A stretch of 63,692 nt of DNA, the filler included, from Licmophora abbreviata (taxonomy: Eukaryota), in assembly GCA_900291995.1 (NCBI GenBank). It is 9 parts of 9 records of this genome, joined end to end, with 100 filler letters (N's around TTAATTAATTAA, not from the genome) between each part and the next. Parts side by side here need not be neighbours in the genome. Positions count along the whole stretch, not along the records: positions 1 to 31,762 come from OLMU01003961.1; positions 31,863 to 34,762 come from OLMU01003963.1; positions 34,863 to 42,647 come from OLMU01003964.1; 6 more parts are not named here. One strand, given 5' to 3'. How positions within the stretch are numbered: the stretch's first letter is position 1; every line of letters starts with the position of its first letter. Under the pieces are notes generated by a model, which worked only from the letters and a program-made list of their open reading frames with translations, was not told the origin of the DNA and searched no databases. Shown here piece by piece: positions 24,229-36,358 of this stretch. The translations under genes and the position numbers were made by a program.

Positions 24229-27200
24229 ATGTCGTCGCTTCCGTCGCCGTCGTCGTCACACGACATTGCCGTTCGCTACTTGAGACGGCGCCTGTGGCAT
24301 GCCTTCCGAGAAGAGAATGCCGAGGATGCGCTTCGGGCCTACACGGCGACACGCACCGACTTCGAAACGTGGGTCGCCGAGGAAGCCGCACAGGCCCAGC
24401 AAGCGCGACTCGAAGAAGAGGCGGCACGCCAACAAGCGAAGCAGGAACGTCTCAAAGCTCGTCCAGTGGCGATGCGAAAACTTGGAGCTCTCTTACAGAC
24501 AAAAGGTAACAACAAGATCAATGGGCGGCGACCAGCAGTAGACTCGGAGCAAAGTCTGTCCAACAGGCATGAGCAAAACGACGATCAGTCGCGCCTTCTA
24601 CAAGCTTGCCTGCACCCATCAGATCCTTTCCTCCCTGACGATGTCAAAAGCCCGTCTGACAGTTACAACGTCGATGAGCTACATAGTAAGACAACAGATG
24701 ATGCCAAGAAGAAGAAGAAGAAGAGACGAAATCACGTACTGAATTCCGGGTTGACGTTTAGGCTCGGGGCAGCTCGCAGCGTCCCTGCCGACGACGAGGG
24801 AAGTGTCGAGTCAGGTGTTGATTCGGAGCCTTCTTTTCAGCTAGACACGACAACCACTCCATTGCACGAGGCGGCTCGAATTGGCAGTGCTACACTGGTC
24901 AGGATGATGCTAGCCACCGGTGGGAGTCCAAACTACCGGAATGGGAAGCTGCGGACAACGTTGCACATGGCAGCCGGGGGCTTGACCAGAGCGGAAGAAG
25001 AACAGATGAGAGCGTGGCGTAACTCCAATGGATTATCGGATAGAAGAGAAAGCGAAAGGAACGAAAAGGAGGGTGCTGGAATTCGAGCACCTCTGACCGA
25101 AAGCGAAAGAACGGACCCATCATTCCCGATACCGACCATGTCGGCGTCAACCAAAACCGCTGCACAGGCTGTGGGCCGTTTCTTCAACCAAACGCGTCGT
25201 CACCCAGACAAGAAACGTTTAGTGGGATCAGAAAAGACAAACTTGGCGATCAATGCTCCAAAGCTCGATGTGGCGCTTATGGATGCTCTAGAAGCAGAGC
25301 GTATGGATACCGTCCTCGCCGTCATGTCATGGTGTCATCCCGAAGATGGATCACCGTCTGCAGGTGAAGGAACTTCTGTGAACACGGTCGATGAGCGCGA
25401 ACGTACCGCTTTGCATTATGCTGCAGAACTGGGTCGAGGCGACGTTTGTATGACACTTGTTTCCTCTTTCGGCACAATGTTGACCGTTGTCGACGAGACG
25501 AGCCGAACTCCATGTGAACTAGCAGGCGAGCAAGGTCACCATGATTTATCTGCTCGACTCGAGGCACGCGCTCTGCTTTTTGTTGACCCATATGGAATGG
25601 ATGATGAGCTAATGGCTAGTGTGGACGCTGGCGATACGGTCAGCAACAGCTTGAACACTGAGGAACGCGATCCGTCCAGCGGACGAAGGTGGCACCACAG
25701 CCGGAAGAGGTTACAGGAGCCCTATTGCCTGTATGCGACATGGACACGGGGGGAAGTTCAGGAAGAACGAGAGGCACGGATCTTTCTGGCGCTAGATAGG
25801 ATGCGGGCTATCATCGAAGATCGCATGAGCTACCAGGATGCCAGTGAACTGGCTTCCAGAGCCGACCAACCACTGAAGTCTGTGACAGAGTGGCAGCTAG
25901 TGCTGCGATCGACGAGCTCGATCAAGCCCCAGATATTGGCATGAACGCATCTGCTGTAAATGAAACAGAATCCACAATTGACGAAAATCTTGATGATACC
26001 AGAGGAGGGGGCTTTCTATCCGCGCTCGATAGAGGTGAGGCACAAGTGCAGAATAGAATTGTGAAGCCAGAAACGGACCGGTGCGGGCACCACAACCGTG
26101 GAATATCGATTGAATCTGATCCAGAAGTAGCCCCGTCTCTAGATGAAAACAGAACGATTTTGAACGAGATTGAACCGGAGAAAGATGCATGTGCGGACCC
26201 AGAGGTAGGCGCGCCAGTGAATTCAAAAACATACATTCCGGACGATGTCGAATCAGTGACAGATGACCCAGAAGTAGCCCCGTCGCTGGATGAAAACAGA
26301 ACGCTTTTGAACGAGATTGAACCGGATAAAGACGCATGCGTGGACTCAGAGGTGGGCGCTCCAGTTGATGCGAAAGCATACAGTTCGAACGATGTCGAAT
26401 CAGTGACAGATCAGGACCGAAACCCAAAGGCCGGTCTATCGAAGGACCAAAAGCAAACCTGTCTTGACGAAGTTTCGCCACAGGACGATACAAGTGTAAA
26501 TTCAACAGCAGAGCTGGCAACAGATCAGAATAGAAGCGTTCTGAACGACGTCGAACCAGAGAAAGAATCGGTTCTAGAACAGGATACCTCAAGTTCGACA
26601 AATTTTGAACTAGGGGCTCCGGACGAAATCAAGTCGGAGGCAATCTTATCTTCAGACACAGCTACAAGAATTCCGAAGGATCAGAACCGATCATACCCAA
26701 GTTTAGACACCGATGCAGACATTTTGAAGGGTCACATCTGTTCAAATAGGACAAAGGACGAATTCAAGTCAGAGACATGCAGTTCTTTAGACACGGACAC
26801 GAGCACAGGCATATCAACGGAGCAGAACTGTACAAACGAAATTCAAGACATCAAATCAAAGGCAGGCCCGGGTTTACAAACACATACCGGCATTTCGACT
26901 TATCAGAACCAATTAAACGATGCTAAACGCCCGTCTGCTGATGCGGAAGAAGACACTCCAGAAATTGGCTCGATTTACGGGCCAGGAAAGGAGAAGATGA
27001 GCGATTGGAGACTTCAAGCGTGTCATGCAGAGAAGTTCCTTCTTTCATATGATTTCGATATTGGCGCGGCTGTGACCGCATTTCGAAACAACCTCGACCC
27101 GGAAGCGGCAATGAACGAGGTTGGAGTATCAATCACGTCATATACGGAGACTGATGGGGAGACGACAAGACGTTGCCTTATTTGTTTTGAAGACTTTGAA

Positions 27201-29200
27201 ATGAGGCCATTGGAGTGGACGGATTTGAAGAATTGCAGGCACGGCTTTTGTAGAGAGTGCCTCGGCGAATACATTCAGCAGAGCTCCATTTCAAGAGAAG
27301 AAGGCTTATGCGTTTCCTGCCCTCACCATCAATGCACCTCTCTGTTGGCTCCCCAGGAGCTCAGTGATCTGTCTTCAGGAATTGGTGTGTATAGAACTCT
27401 GGTCGAGGCTGCGATTGATAATTTCGTTTTGAGTACGAAAGACCTTCGGTTTTGCCCACACCCTGGCTGTACGGGAGTGGTAAAACGGATGCTGCCAGAC
27501 ATTGTAGAGTCGGCGGAAATTTATCCCGATCTTGTGGACTATATGGGAGCCGTCTGCACTTCTTGTGAACCAATGGATAGCTTTCCTGAGAGCGATAACA
27601 TTCCCATGACGTATGATGGAGTCAGGGACTTCAACTATACGTCTTTGTCGAGAGATTCGTGTCAGCCACTTAAGGCGCATCGATTCTGTTTTTCATGTGG
27701 TGCGTACGGAGCGCATTGGCCTGCAAAATGCGAATTGCTTGAGCGCTGGAAGTCAATGGTATCTGAAGAAATAGGCTCGGAGGTTGATATCGACGGGAAG
27801 AAATACGAGGATGTAGCGCAGCAGCTGTGGTTAAAGACAAACACAAGGCCGTGCCCGAAATGCGAAGCGCCCATTGAAAAACTCGACGGCTGCAACCATA
27901 TGACTTGTAAAAACCGACGGTGCAAGTATGAGTTTTGTTGGATATGTCGACAAGACTGGAAGCTTCACAACACAGCAACTGGCGGCTTCTTCCGATGCAA
28001 CAAGTGGCAAGAGGAAGCGGACCACGAGTTCTATGCTGACAAGCCTCCTCCTTTGAGCGCGGAAGACCTAGAGGTCGACGTCGATACCGCGAATAGAGAA
28101 TTGCGATACGGGACCGCCATGCACGCAAACTATATCACTCGCAAGAAGAAACGTGACATGGAAAGGTAAGAGATGATCACCATTGAGTCTATGGCGGTGT
28201 GCTTGTAGTTTTCTTGCAAGGAGGCACTCACGAAGACTCGTTCACCGAAATCTAGGTTGTTGCACCATTATCAGCGATGGGATGCTCACGGTGAAAGCGC
28301 AACCCTAGAACAGCGCATGGGCGACACGGTCTGTTCCCGGCTTGCGCCTGTTGTCGACGCAGCGCGTGAGTTCCTTGCCGACCATCATTTCGACTTTGGC
28401 GGGAGAGGTGAGTGATGTGACTAGATGTTCGTTGGCTTGATTCCGCCATACCATTTCCCCTTCTAAAGCTCGATCCCTGTGTCTCGAGCTTAGGACTTTC
28501 GTTTCTTCACGCAGCATTCACGGAGCTAGTGGAGTGCCGATCAGTGCTCAGGCACAGCTATGCCTTTGCGTACTTCCGATACCCACCACTACTCACCATG
28601 CGTGATGGTCGACTGGTAAAACTGCGACAGCGCGAAAAGATGACGTTTGAACAGTTTCAAGCAGACCTCGAAATCGTGACGGAGCATTTGAGTGACATTG
28701 TAGCCAGAGCACATTTGCGAGCAACACAGACCCAGATTTTGTTCTTGACTGCCGGTACCTCTGAAAAACGACAGGATTTCTCGCACTTGATGCTGACGAT
28801 TCTCAACGACGAGAAGAGAGAGGAGAACTTGTTAAAGAGGGCCCAGGCTCATGCCTCGCCCCCACATCAGTCCCAGGAGACGCTTACCTTAGGAAACACT
28901 CCTCGCGGGACACCCCAGGTGGTGCTCTCACAAACTGGCCAGTCAGTTGTTCAGGAACTTTTCCCTCAAACGGCGGTGCGAGCGGGTCTGAACCTCCCAT
29001 CCGAAGCCTTCGAAGAAAATGCTGCGTTGTGGGATGAACATGAAGAGCATGCGCGAGACTCGTTAGCGCTGGACGACAGGGATGATGACCGGGGAACATC
29101 AACGGGGGCTAATCGCTCGTCTCAGTGGGCTTGTCCGACTTGCACATATGAAAATACTGGCGGGAGACGGTGTGCCATGTGTGAAACCCCACGGGGCTAG
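24229..29200 (+). CDS. Ankyrin-repeat RBR (Ariadne/ANKIB1-like) E3 ubiquitin ligase with C-terminal RanBP2-type zinc finger; frame break near 25848-25944; introns 28166..28255 and 28408..28493
   Basis: TPLHEAA and TALHYAA ankyrins, RING1 CLIC...CRHGFCREC, IBR FCPHPGC...FCFSC, RING2 TRPCPKCEAPIEKLDGCNHMTC...FCWIC, Ariadne RLLHHYQRW...LRHSYAFAY, WACPTCTYEN...CAMC. Confidence 0.88.
26118..26411 (+). repeat. Two-copy 147-nt (49-aa) tandem duplication within the E3 ligase linker
   Basis: DPEVAPSLDENRT(I/L)LNEIEP(E/D)KDAC...DVESVTD occurs twice, starting at 26118 and 26265. Confidence 0.92.
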
Positions 29201-29275
29201 TACGATCTTCATAGGTATCATAGTACTTGGTCACAGAGCAGCTAATCAATGCGTTACGTAGCAGTGCGGTTAACC

Positions 29276-31759
29276 TTAAGTGTCACGTAGCTTTACAGCT
29301 AGTCTCTTCCTCTCAAGCAGAAGATCCCCGTAGCGCTTCTGGGCAAAGGTTTCCTCTTCCTTCAATTGCGTAATCTCATCATTCAGACGTTCGATCCGAC
29401 GAAAACTCCCTCGCACTTCGTGCGTCTGAAGATTGATGAAGACCGATTCTTCGATCTCTGCATTGCGATGCTCAGCAAAGTTCGACAGAACCGACTCCCG
29501 GATGGCTTCGGCTCGCTTCGCATACCCTCCATGCCTTACAATGAGTTTAGACTCGAGTTTCTCGTTACGCTTGCGCAAGACAGCACTTGCTTCTTCAAGT
29601 GTTTCAAACTCGAGCTTCCTCGAGCGAATAGCAACTGCATCGTCCGTCGAGCGAACCCATCCCTCCGGTTGAGTGTAGGCGAAACCGTCCACACCCAATG
29701 CACCCGACGCAAGATTTTCCTGTACAAGTGCTTGCTCTGCCGACTCGGAGGTCATCTGGTTGCGAGATAATGCCGTCCGTACCATCTGACTGTACAATGT
29801 TTCCGATTCGGTGCTTAGCAAATTTCGAGCCTCGTCCAGAGCTTCCTCAGGCAAGTAGTCAACCGGTGTAGCAGGAGAAACAGTTGTTTCTGTCCTTTTG
29901 CGCTTCTTTTTCTTCTTGCCATCCGACTCGTTCCCTCCTGTGGGAACTACCGGAAAGGCATGGGCGTCGTGCCGCAAAAGCGTCGTCATTTCCTCTTGAA
30001 TGAGTCGCTCCACTGGATCATCGCTATAAGCAATTGTACTGTGTGAAATGGCACCATCCGGTCGAGGAAGCTCAGCCCGTCTGACGACACTGGAACGCGC
30101 CTCATACAATTTCTCAGCTTCTTTCTGCAGGCGAGCTCGCTCTGCAGCTTCCAAGTCGGCGGCATCGTCTTCCATGACCGTTTCTACCATTCGGGTGTTG
30201 TCATCGATATCCAACTCTGCCGGAGCTGCCAGCTCATAGTCAAACTGTGGAGAGGGCAAGGCCGCCAGTGCTGCCTCTAGGTCTTGACGAGCCTTCTTGG
30301 CGGCACGTCGTTCTTCTCTTGCTAGTTCGCGAATCGACATTGTCGAAGAAGCAAACGTCGAAGCGGACACAGACGCATCGTCACTTCGTAGTTCAGAGTA
30401 CGGACGCTTCAACGAGTTTCCCGCGTTGAGTCCCAGCTCATCGCGAGGGGCGACTGACATGGGCGTGGCAGACGATGGCAATCGTGGGGTGGCAGCCGTC
30501 AGAGCAGCGACCTCTTTGCGACTTTCGTTGATGGGATCGTCGAGGTGCATAGCGTCGTCGCCACCCAGCAGCGGCGTCTGTCCTTGTTCCAATCTGCGCA
30601 AGTTGCTTGCTTCCCGAAGAATGCTCTCCTGCGTCGACCCTGACTGCGTCATGGGTGTACGCATTGGAGTAGGCAGAGGACGATTCGAGTAGTCTCCCAT
30701 AAGAGCCTGTGTCGCGTCACTCCCGCCGGCAGAAGCCTCCGGTCCTTCCATGGCCTTCGCTTGCAATTTTGCCAGCTGCGCCAATTCTTGATCACTCACA
30801 CTCGGCGCCGGTAGCTCCAGCACTCCCCGCTTGCGTACCGCCATTGGATCATTTTGTTTGCTAACTTGCGCGACCGCATACTGCATATTACTGCGCTCCA
30901 AAGCTCGGAGCCGCGCTTCTTCTTTTTTCTTGGCTTGCGACGCTTCCCGATCACGCGTCCTATACTGCGCTTCGTTGATTCGCTGGTAATCCACTTGCTT
31001 CAATCGTTTGTTGCGAATTTGATCTGCCCTCGTGTCTTCCCTCGACACATCATGAAAGCCCGCAGGCGCTGGCTTGTGGAAGGGGATTTCAACTCCCAAA
31101 TCGATCTCCTTCTTGTTCTTACGGCTCTTCTTCAAGGCCGCACTACTCAACAAGCCCGCTTGCTTCAATTCCCGTCGTTTCTGCAGTTCCGCAAGCCGTT
31201 TTGCTTCATGCAGCATTTTCTCTCGTGCCTTGCGCTTTGCTTTTTTGCCCTGGGTATTGGCCAGTCGGGCGCGGGCTTCTTGCAACATTTCAATCTCGTC
31301 TTCGTCCATATCGATAGGATCAGGACGAGCCGGTTTCGTTTCCGGATGAGAATCAATCTGACCAGGACGGAGTTGGTGAGACGAGCGGAGTGTACTTGTG
31401 GAATCAGTGGCAGCGCCGTCCTCTGCTTTTCCTGCAGCGGCTTCATCGAGGAGCTGTTCGTAGTGCTCTTGACATTGTGTGGCAGTTCGTCCCACCAGCG
31501 GGGCAATCGTTTTCCACTGTGCCGGCATCAGTTTGGCAAGATGCAGCAATTTCTCCTCCTCGGCACGACTCCATTCGACTTTTCGAACACTGGGATCCAA
31601 CCATTCGTGCCATCGGGCTTTGCACTGTTTGGCAGACTTGCGGTTGAGCAAGGACGCCACCCGCGCCCACTGTTGCTTGCCGTACTTCATGACGGCCGCC
31701 TTTAGAATCTCATCTTCGCTGTTTTTCCAGACGCCGCCTTTCAGAAAGACTCGAACCAT
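29276..31759 (-). CDS. CDC5L: Pre-mRNA splicing factor CDC5L/Cef1 (Myb repeats)
   Basis: KGGVWKNSEDEILKAAVMKYGKQQWARVASLL...KQCKARW; PETKPARPDPIDMDEDEIEMLQEARARLANTQGKKAKRKAREK. Confidence 0.97.
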   Translation of the reverse strand: MVRVFLKGGVWKNSEDEILKAAVMKYGKQQWARVASLLNRKSAKQCKARWHEWLDPSVRKVEWSRAEEEKLLHLAKLMPAQWKTIAPLVGRTATQCQEHYEQLLDEAAAGKAEDGAATDSTSTLRSSHQLRPGQIDSHPETKPARPDPIDMDEDEIEMLQEARARLANTQGKKAKRKAREKMLHEAKRLAELQKRRELKQAGLLSSAALKKSRKNKKEIDLGVEIPFHKPAPAGFHDVSREDTRADQIRNKRLKQVDYQRINEAQYRTRDREASQAKKKEEARLRALERSNMQYAVAQVSKQNDPMAVRKRGVLELPAPSVSDQELAQLAKLQAKAMEGPEASAGGSDATQALMGDYSNRPLPTPMRTPMTQSGSTQESILREASNLRRLEQGQTPLLGGDDAMHLDDPINESRKEVAALTAATPRLPSSATPMSVAPRDELGLNAGNSLKRPYSELRSDDASVSASTFASSTMSIRELAREERRAAKKARQDLEAALAALPSPQFDYELAAPAELDIDDNTRMVETVMEDDAADLEAAERARLQKEAEKLYEARSSVVRRAELPRPDGAISHSTIAYSDDPVERLIQEEMTTLLRHDAHAFPVVPTGGNESDGKKKKKRKRTETTVSPATPVDYLPEEALDEARNLLSTESETLYSQMVRTALSRNQMTSESAEQALVQENLASGALGVDGFAYTQPEGWVRSTDDAVAIRSRKLEFETLEEASAVLRKRNEKLESKLIVRHGGYAKRAEAIRESVLSNFAEHRNAEIEESVFINLQTHEVRGSFRRIERLNDEITQLKEEETFAQKRYGDLLLERKRLAVKLRDT

Positions 31760-31762
31760 GAT

Positions 31763-31862
31763 NNNNNNNNNNNNNNNNNNNNNNNNNNNNNNNNNNNNNN
31801 NNNNNNTTAATTAATTAANNNNNNNNNNNNNNNNNNNNNNNNNNNNNNNNNNNNNNNNNNNN
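31763..31862. other. Artificial contig spacer
   Basis: 44 N + TTAATTAATTAA + 44 N. Confidence 0.97.
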
Positions 31863-31976
31863 GGTTCGGCGCAAGATTCTCGCGCCACACCTCCCAGATT
31901 CTCGCGCCGGAAGTTCTGTGAGGATGAACCACAGGCAGTGCCTCCACTCCCATAGTCTCTCATTTTTCACAACAAA

Positions 31977-34202
31977 ATGACGTCCAGGATACAGTGCAGA
32001 ATGACGTCTTGGGTGCCTCTTGTACTTGTGGCACTGGTCATCGCAAGGAGCGAGGCGCTCAATTTGGGAGGTCGCAGCATGATGAGACGTGTGCGTCGAC
32101 ACGCGAATGATGTCTCGTCGCCGTCCCCCAGAATTAGCTATCGACTCTTGGACCACGACGACGTCGGTGTGGGGCGACAGCGGTGGAAAATCAAACGCAT
32201 TCGACTTCGAAACACACAGGCAAGAGAGAAGGGAGACCTCAAGGTTGCCAAGGCAGAGGGGGGCGTTTCTCTACCGTCATCGCTGTCGTCACAGATTGAG
32301 GACGAGCTGAGATTCGCCAAGCTGGGCAAGAAGGCCGACAAATCCGCATCGATGATGAGGTCTAGTGAACTTGGGTTCGATACGAAACAATTACCGAAGA
32401 CAAGGGTATCTGCAGCATCGTTAACAATGAAGAAGACATCTGGTAAGCGACCTATTCGCAATGTAGAGGACCTTCGGACCGCCGTCTTGGATGACGGCCT
32501 TGAGCTTCGACAGACAGAACTTGCAGCCACAGAGGCGCAGCTGGCAGTGCAAGACGTCTTGAATCATCAAGTCATTCAGCTCATTGCAGAACGCGCAAAA
32601 TCCAAGTCGACCCCTGGGAATCGGAGCGACAATGCGACCCTTGCAATCTCCATGGAGGGAGGCGGCATGCGAGGAGCAGTCTCAGCGGGCATGGCTTCGG
32701 CCATTGCGTGCCTGGGCCTTTGCGATGTCTTTGATAGTGTCTATGGATCGTCAGCGGGATCAGTGGTCGGAACGTACATGGTATCGCGTCAAATGTGCGT
32801 TGATGTCTACACAGACCTCCTGCCAGCAGCGCAGCGAGCCTTTGTCTGTAAGAAGCGAATCTTTGCGGCTCTGGCTGCGAGCGCCATGGACTTGATCGTT
32901 CCACCGAACAAGGGACGAACGTTTGGCGAGCGAGCTATGCCGGGAATGAATATCTCGTTTGTGCTGGATGGCATCATGGATGAGGACCATGGACTGCGAC
33001 CGCTGGATATGAAGTCCTTTAGGGAGAACGATCGAAAGCAGCCATTGAGGATCGCTACCTCATGTGTCAAGGATGGTAAACTATTTGCCAAGTGCCTTGG
33101 CACGGACGAATTTTTCGGATATACAGACCGATCGACAAATCAAACGATGCCAGGATGGAGCCGCGCCGACGGCCATCGCAAGGGTCTCTTTGCGTGTCTC
33201 GAGGCGAGCATGACCGTACCGGGTGCTACCGGTCCTCCAGTAAAGCTGGTCGATGACAACAATGTGACGACGCCGTCCTTTGATGCTTTTTGTTTCGAGC
33301 CCTTGCCGTACCGATCGGCAGTCGAAGAGGGGGCGACCCATGTCTTGGTATTACGGTCTCGACCCGAGGGCTTCCAGGCGAAGACTGCACCTGGCGTCTA
33401 TGAAAAGGGCGTCGCGCCACTCTACTTTCGCTCACACGGCGAGGAAGAGGTAGCTGCGTTCTTTGACAAGGGCGGACAGCAATATATCTATCTAGAAGAC
33501 ATGCTCACTCTGGAAGAGGGGCGTCTCGCTGGAGTAGAGAACGATAACCAAGACGGCGTACACGTGCCGCCCGTCGACATTTTGTATGGAGTCGACCGCA
33601 GCACCGATTCGGAGCGCCTTTCCACACGCCGCGACGACTGGAACAAGGCGCATCTCTTCCCTCTCACAGTTCCGAGGGGCGTCCAAGAACTACCAACGTT
33701 GGAACAAGACAAGGATCAAGTGCTAGAGGCGGTCCGAGGGGGATTTGCCGCTGCTTTTGATTTGCTTGCTCCGGCCATTGGATTGCAACTCGACCAAGGT
33801 ATGACAGGCTATCGCGTCGCCAAGCTTCTGTTTCCCGCGCTCGACGAAGAGGATATCGTACCCGACGAACATGTCCTGAAGGAGCAAGTCACAGTATCTG
33901 GCTTTCCCATCACTGTACACCACCATCAGAGCGGTGCCAAGAGAAAGCACGGTCGGATGCGACGGGCCATCGCCAGCCGTCTTTGGGGCTGGCGGTCACG
34001 CCGTAAATCGGCGACCGATGTTACTTCTGGATCTAGGCATGAGATACGGCCATCCATGCAGCATTGTAAAGAACAGGACGGTCGATGCCACCGCACTGAC
34101 GCCAATAGTCTCTTGGTCAATCTACCAGGAATTCAGGACGGCAAGTTCCTTCCGTTCACCAACGCCCTGCACTACACCCGTTCCAAGAACAGACTGTACT
34201 AG
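31977..34202 (+). CDS. Patatin-like phospholipase with signal/transit-like N-terminus
   Basis: EGGGMRG oxyanion motif, GSSAG nucleophile, ASMTVPG, FDA catalytic Asp region. Confidence 0.88.
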   Translation: MTSRIQCRMTSWVPLVLVALVIARSEALNLGGRSMMRRVRRHANDVSSPSPRISYRLLDHDDVGVGRQRWKIKRIRLRNTQAREKGDLKVAKAEGGVSLPSSLSSQIEDELRFAKLGKKADKSASMMRSSELGFDTKQLPKTRVSAASLTMKKTSGKRPIRNVEDLRTAVLDDGLELRQTELAATEAQLAVQDVLNHQVIQLIAERAKSKSTPGNRSDNATLAISMEGGGMRGAVSAGMASAIACLGLCDVFDSVYGSSAGSVVGTYMVSRQMCVDVYTDLLPAAQRAFVCKKRIFAALAASAMDLIVPPNKGRTFGERAMPGMNISFVLDGIMDEDHGLRPLDMKSFRENDRKQPLRIATSCVKDGKLFAKCLGTDEFFGYTDRSTNQTMPGWSRADGHRKGLFACLEASMTVPGATGPPVKLVDDNNVTTPSFDAFCFEPLPYRSAVEEGATHVLVLRSRPEGFQAKTAPGVYEKGVAPLYFRSHGEEEVAAFFDKGGQQYIYLEDMLTLEEGRLAGVENDNQDGVHVPPVDILYGVDRSTDSERLSTRRDDWNKAHLFPLTVPRGVQELPTLEQDKDQVLEAVRGGFAAAFDLLAPAIGLQLDQGMTGYRVAKLLFPALDEEDIVPDEHVLKEQVTVSGFPITVHHHQSGAKRKHGRMRRAIASRLWGWRSRRKSATDVTSGSRHEIRPSMQHCKEQDGRCHRTDANSLLVNLPGIQDGKFLPFTNALHYTRSKNRLY

Positions 34203-34255
34203 AGAGAGAGAGAGCTAGATAATCCTAGGGATATCAAAATCGTTTGGCTAGTCTT

Positions 34256-35861
34256 CTAAAAGAATGGATCGGGCTCGGGCTCCGGCTCCGTTAATGTAAT
34301 CTTGCCTGCGTCAGCATTGTTGTAGTTCGCGTCGTGATACTCCAGCAGGTCATCAGTACGAGGCTCGTGCACAAAAGGATCATTTTCAACCTGGGACCAG
34401 TACATATCGTCCACCCAATCGTCGCCCCATAGTTTCCCCTCTTGCCCTTCCTCTGGTGGGGGCGGTCCTTCCACACTGCATTTAAACCCCTTCTCCGTGA
34501 CGAGTCTCGAGTAAAAGTAGACATTTTGTTCCGTTGGATCATGCACAACCCAATCACAACAACAGCCTGATCCTGTCTGTCGCGGATACTCTGGATACAT
34601 CTCTTCCACCTCATCCAAATGATCTTCCCGCAAAAATCTGACATGCCTTGGTAATGGAGCATGCGGCATGGTATCGTAGGCGTATCGAAGCGTTGTGGGT
34701 CCCATCAAGTCATTCTTATTGAATGGTATCTCTTCGGTGTACCAGTGCTTCATAACAGTCATNNNNNNNNNNNNNNNNNNNNNNNNNNNNNNNNNNNNNN
34801 NNNNNNTTAATTAATTAANNNNNNNNNNNNNNNNNNNNNNNNNNNNNNNNNNNNNNNNNNNNGGCACGTTTCAAGATGGTACTGTTGGGTTTGGTAGCCA
34901 AAAAGGCTTGAAAGAAGAGTCCCGTATAGTTCTGATCTTGCACCTGCGCCACCCACGGCGATACGGCCGTAGCAAACTCAATGGAGTCTTCCAATAAAAC
35001 AGGCTCCAATACATGCAAGTCCACGTCGAGATAGTATCCCCCATGCTTGTACAATGCCGCCACACGACACAAATCAGCCTTGTAACTGCCATCCGTCTCT
35101 TGATCGAAATGTTTCAGCAACTCCGGAGCGACGTTGCCAAGGAGAGTACGACAATTGGTGTCTGTCAATACTGTTACCGGTGCTTTTGGATCATTCCAGT
35201 AGTCACGGTACAGTTTTATAGTATTCCGGATATTGTCATAGAGTTCGGGAGTGGCAGTGCGATTGGATAGAATGTTATGCTTGTACGTAAAGAAGAGGCG
35301 GTGAGGGATGGAGGCGTTGTTGTTGTTAAGGTGCGAGGATGCAGTGGTGTTGTTGGAGTGTCGAGTTCGATTGGCCTTGGCATATCGGCTCGGCATCATG
35401 GGTCTCTTGTTGTTGTCGGCAAAGGCCGTTGGCGACATGGGCTTTTCGGTGGCAGCAGCAGAAGCAGTAGTAGAATCGCCAATGCCATTTGCCATGAACA
35501 AGGCCTCTCCCTCTAGCAATATGTCTCGTGCACCGCCGCGGGTACCCGCAGAAGTCCACCTCAAATTGGGGTCCATTTGGAAGTTATTGGTACCTGTACC
35601 GTCCTCTACTACTAACTGACCTGATTCAGGCGGAAATTGCGCGGTGGGGGCGTTGTTCGCTCCAAGTCGCAGCTGGTAGGTTGCATACTCGAGTCCAATC
35701 AAGAAAACAATTGCTGCCAGGAGGACCAGAAACTTGCTGCCTCTCTGCGGTGATCTCGGCGCCGATGCAGACTTTGTCATCATTTTGCTATTTAGGCTCA
35801 CCATGCTGGGCCTTCGAAAGCAACGTATGCTCGACGGGGACCCAGATGCGGCTGCGGCCAT
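34256..35861 (-). CDS. GT32-like (DXD sugar-binding) type II membrane glycosyltransferase, interrupted by the spacer
   Basis: TM near N-terminus; IPHRLFFT, KADLCRVAALYKHGGYYLDVD, FFQAFLA; a plausible C-terminal part (MGPTTL) follows the spacer. Confidence 0.8.
34763..34862. other. Artificial contig spacer
   Basis: 44 N + TTAATTAATTAA + 44 N. Confidence 0.97.
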
Positions 35862-36358
35862 GGTTGACGAGCGGCTGATGGCACAGAAGACGAAGAGAAG
35901 ATTTACCAGGCGGAGGTATGATATCCTTTAACGCCGCACTTCCGCACTTCCTTCTTTTTGGTAAGCCTTTTTCTTCGTGTGTAGTTTGGGGAAGTTCAAG
36001 GTGGAGAGACAGCGGCGTTTGAGAGGCAAACCACGATGCGCATTGGCAATCACGAACGTGTACCGGTTTATACCGGCACATATACGCTTGCACGCGTGCC
36101 CGGTCACGCACGCGTGCCAGCCAACGAAATTTGTGGTCCGGTCTGCGAGCTCTACTTCGCGCTATCTATCCATGCTAAACAAGTAGCACACCAAGATCCA
36201 AACAAAAGGCTGCGCCCCCTCTTTCCCAACTTCACCCGAAACGAAACATCCACATTCACTCATTGACGACTCGACACCATCGCGTCTACCTTTAAGCGAC
36301 GACCATCGCACTACAAGCACGCCCGCAACGAGGACGACGAGATTTTATCGACATCACC

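Noticed and set aside
31807..31818. Recurrent TTAATTAATTAA palindrome as a biological repeat, CRISPR repeat or transposon target site
   Set aside because: Always centred in exactly 44+44 Ns; a synthetic six-frame stop linker
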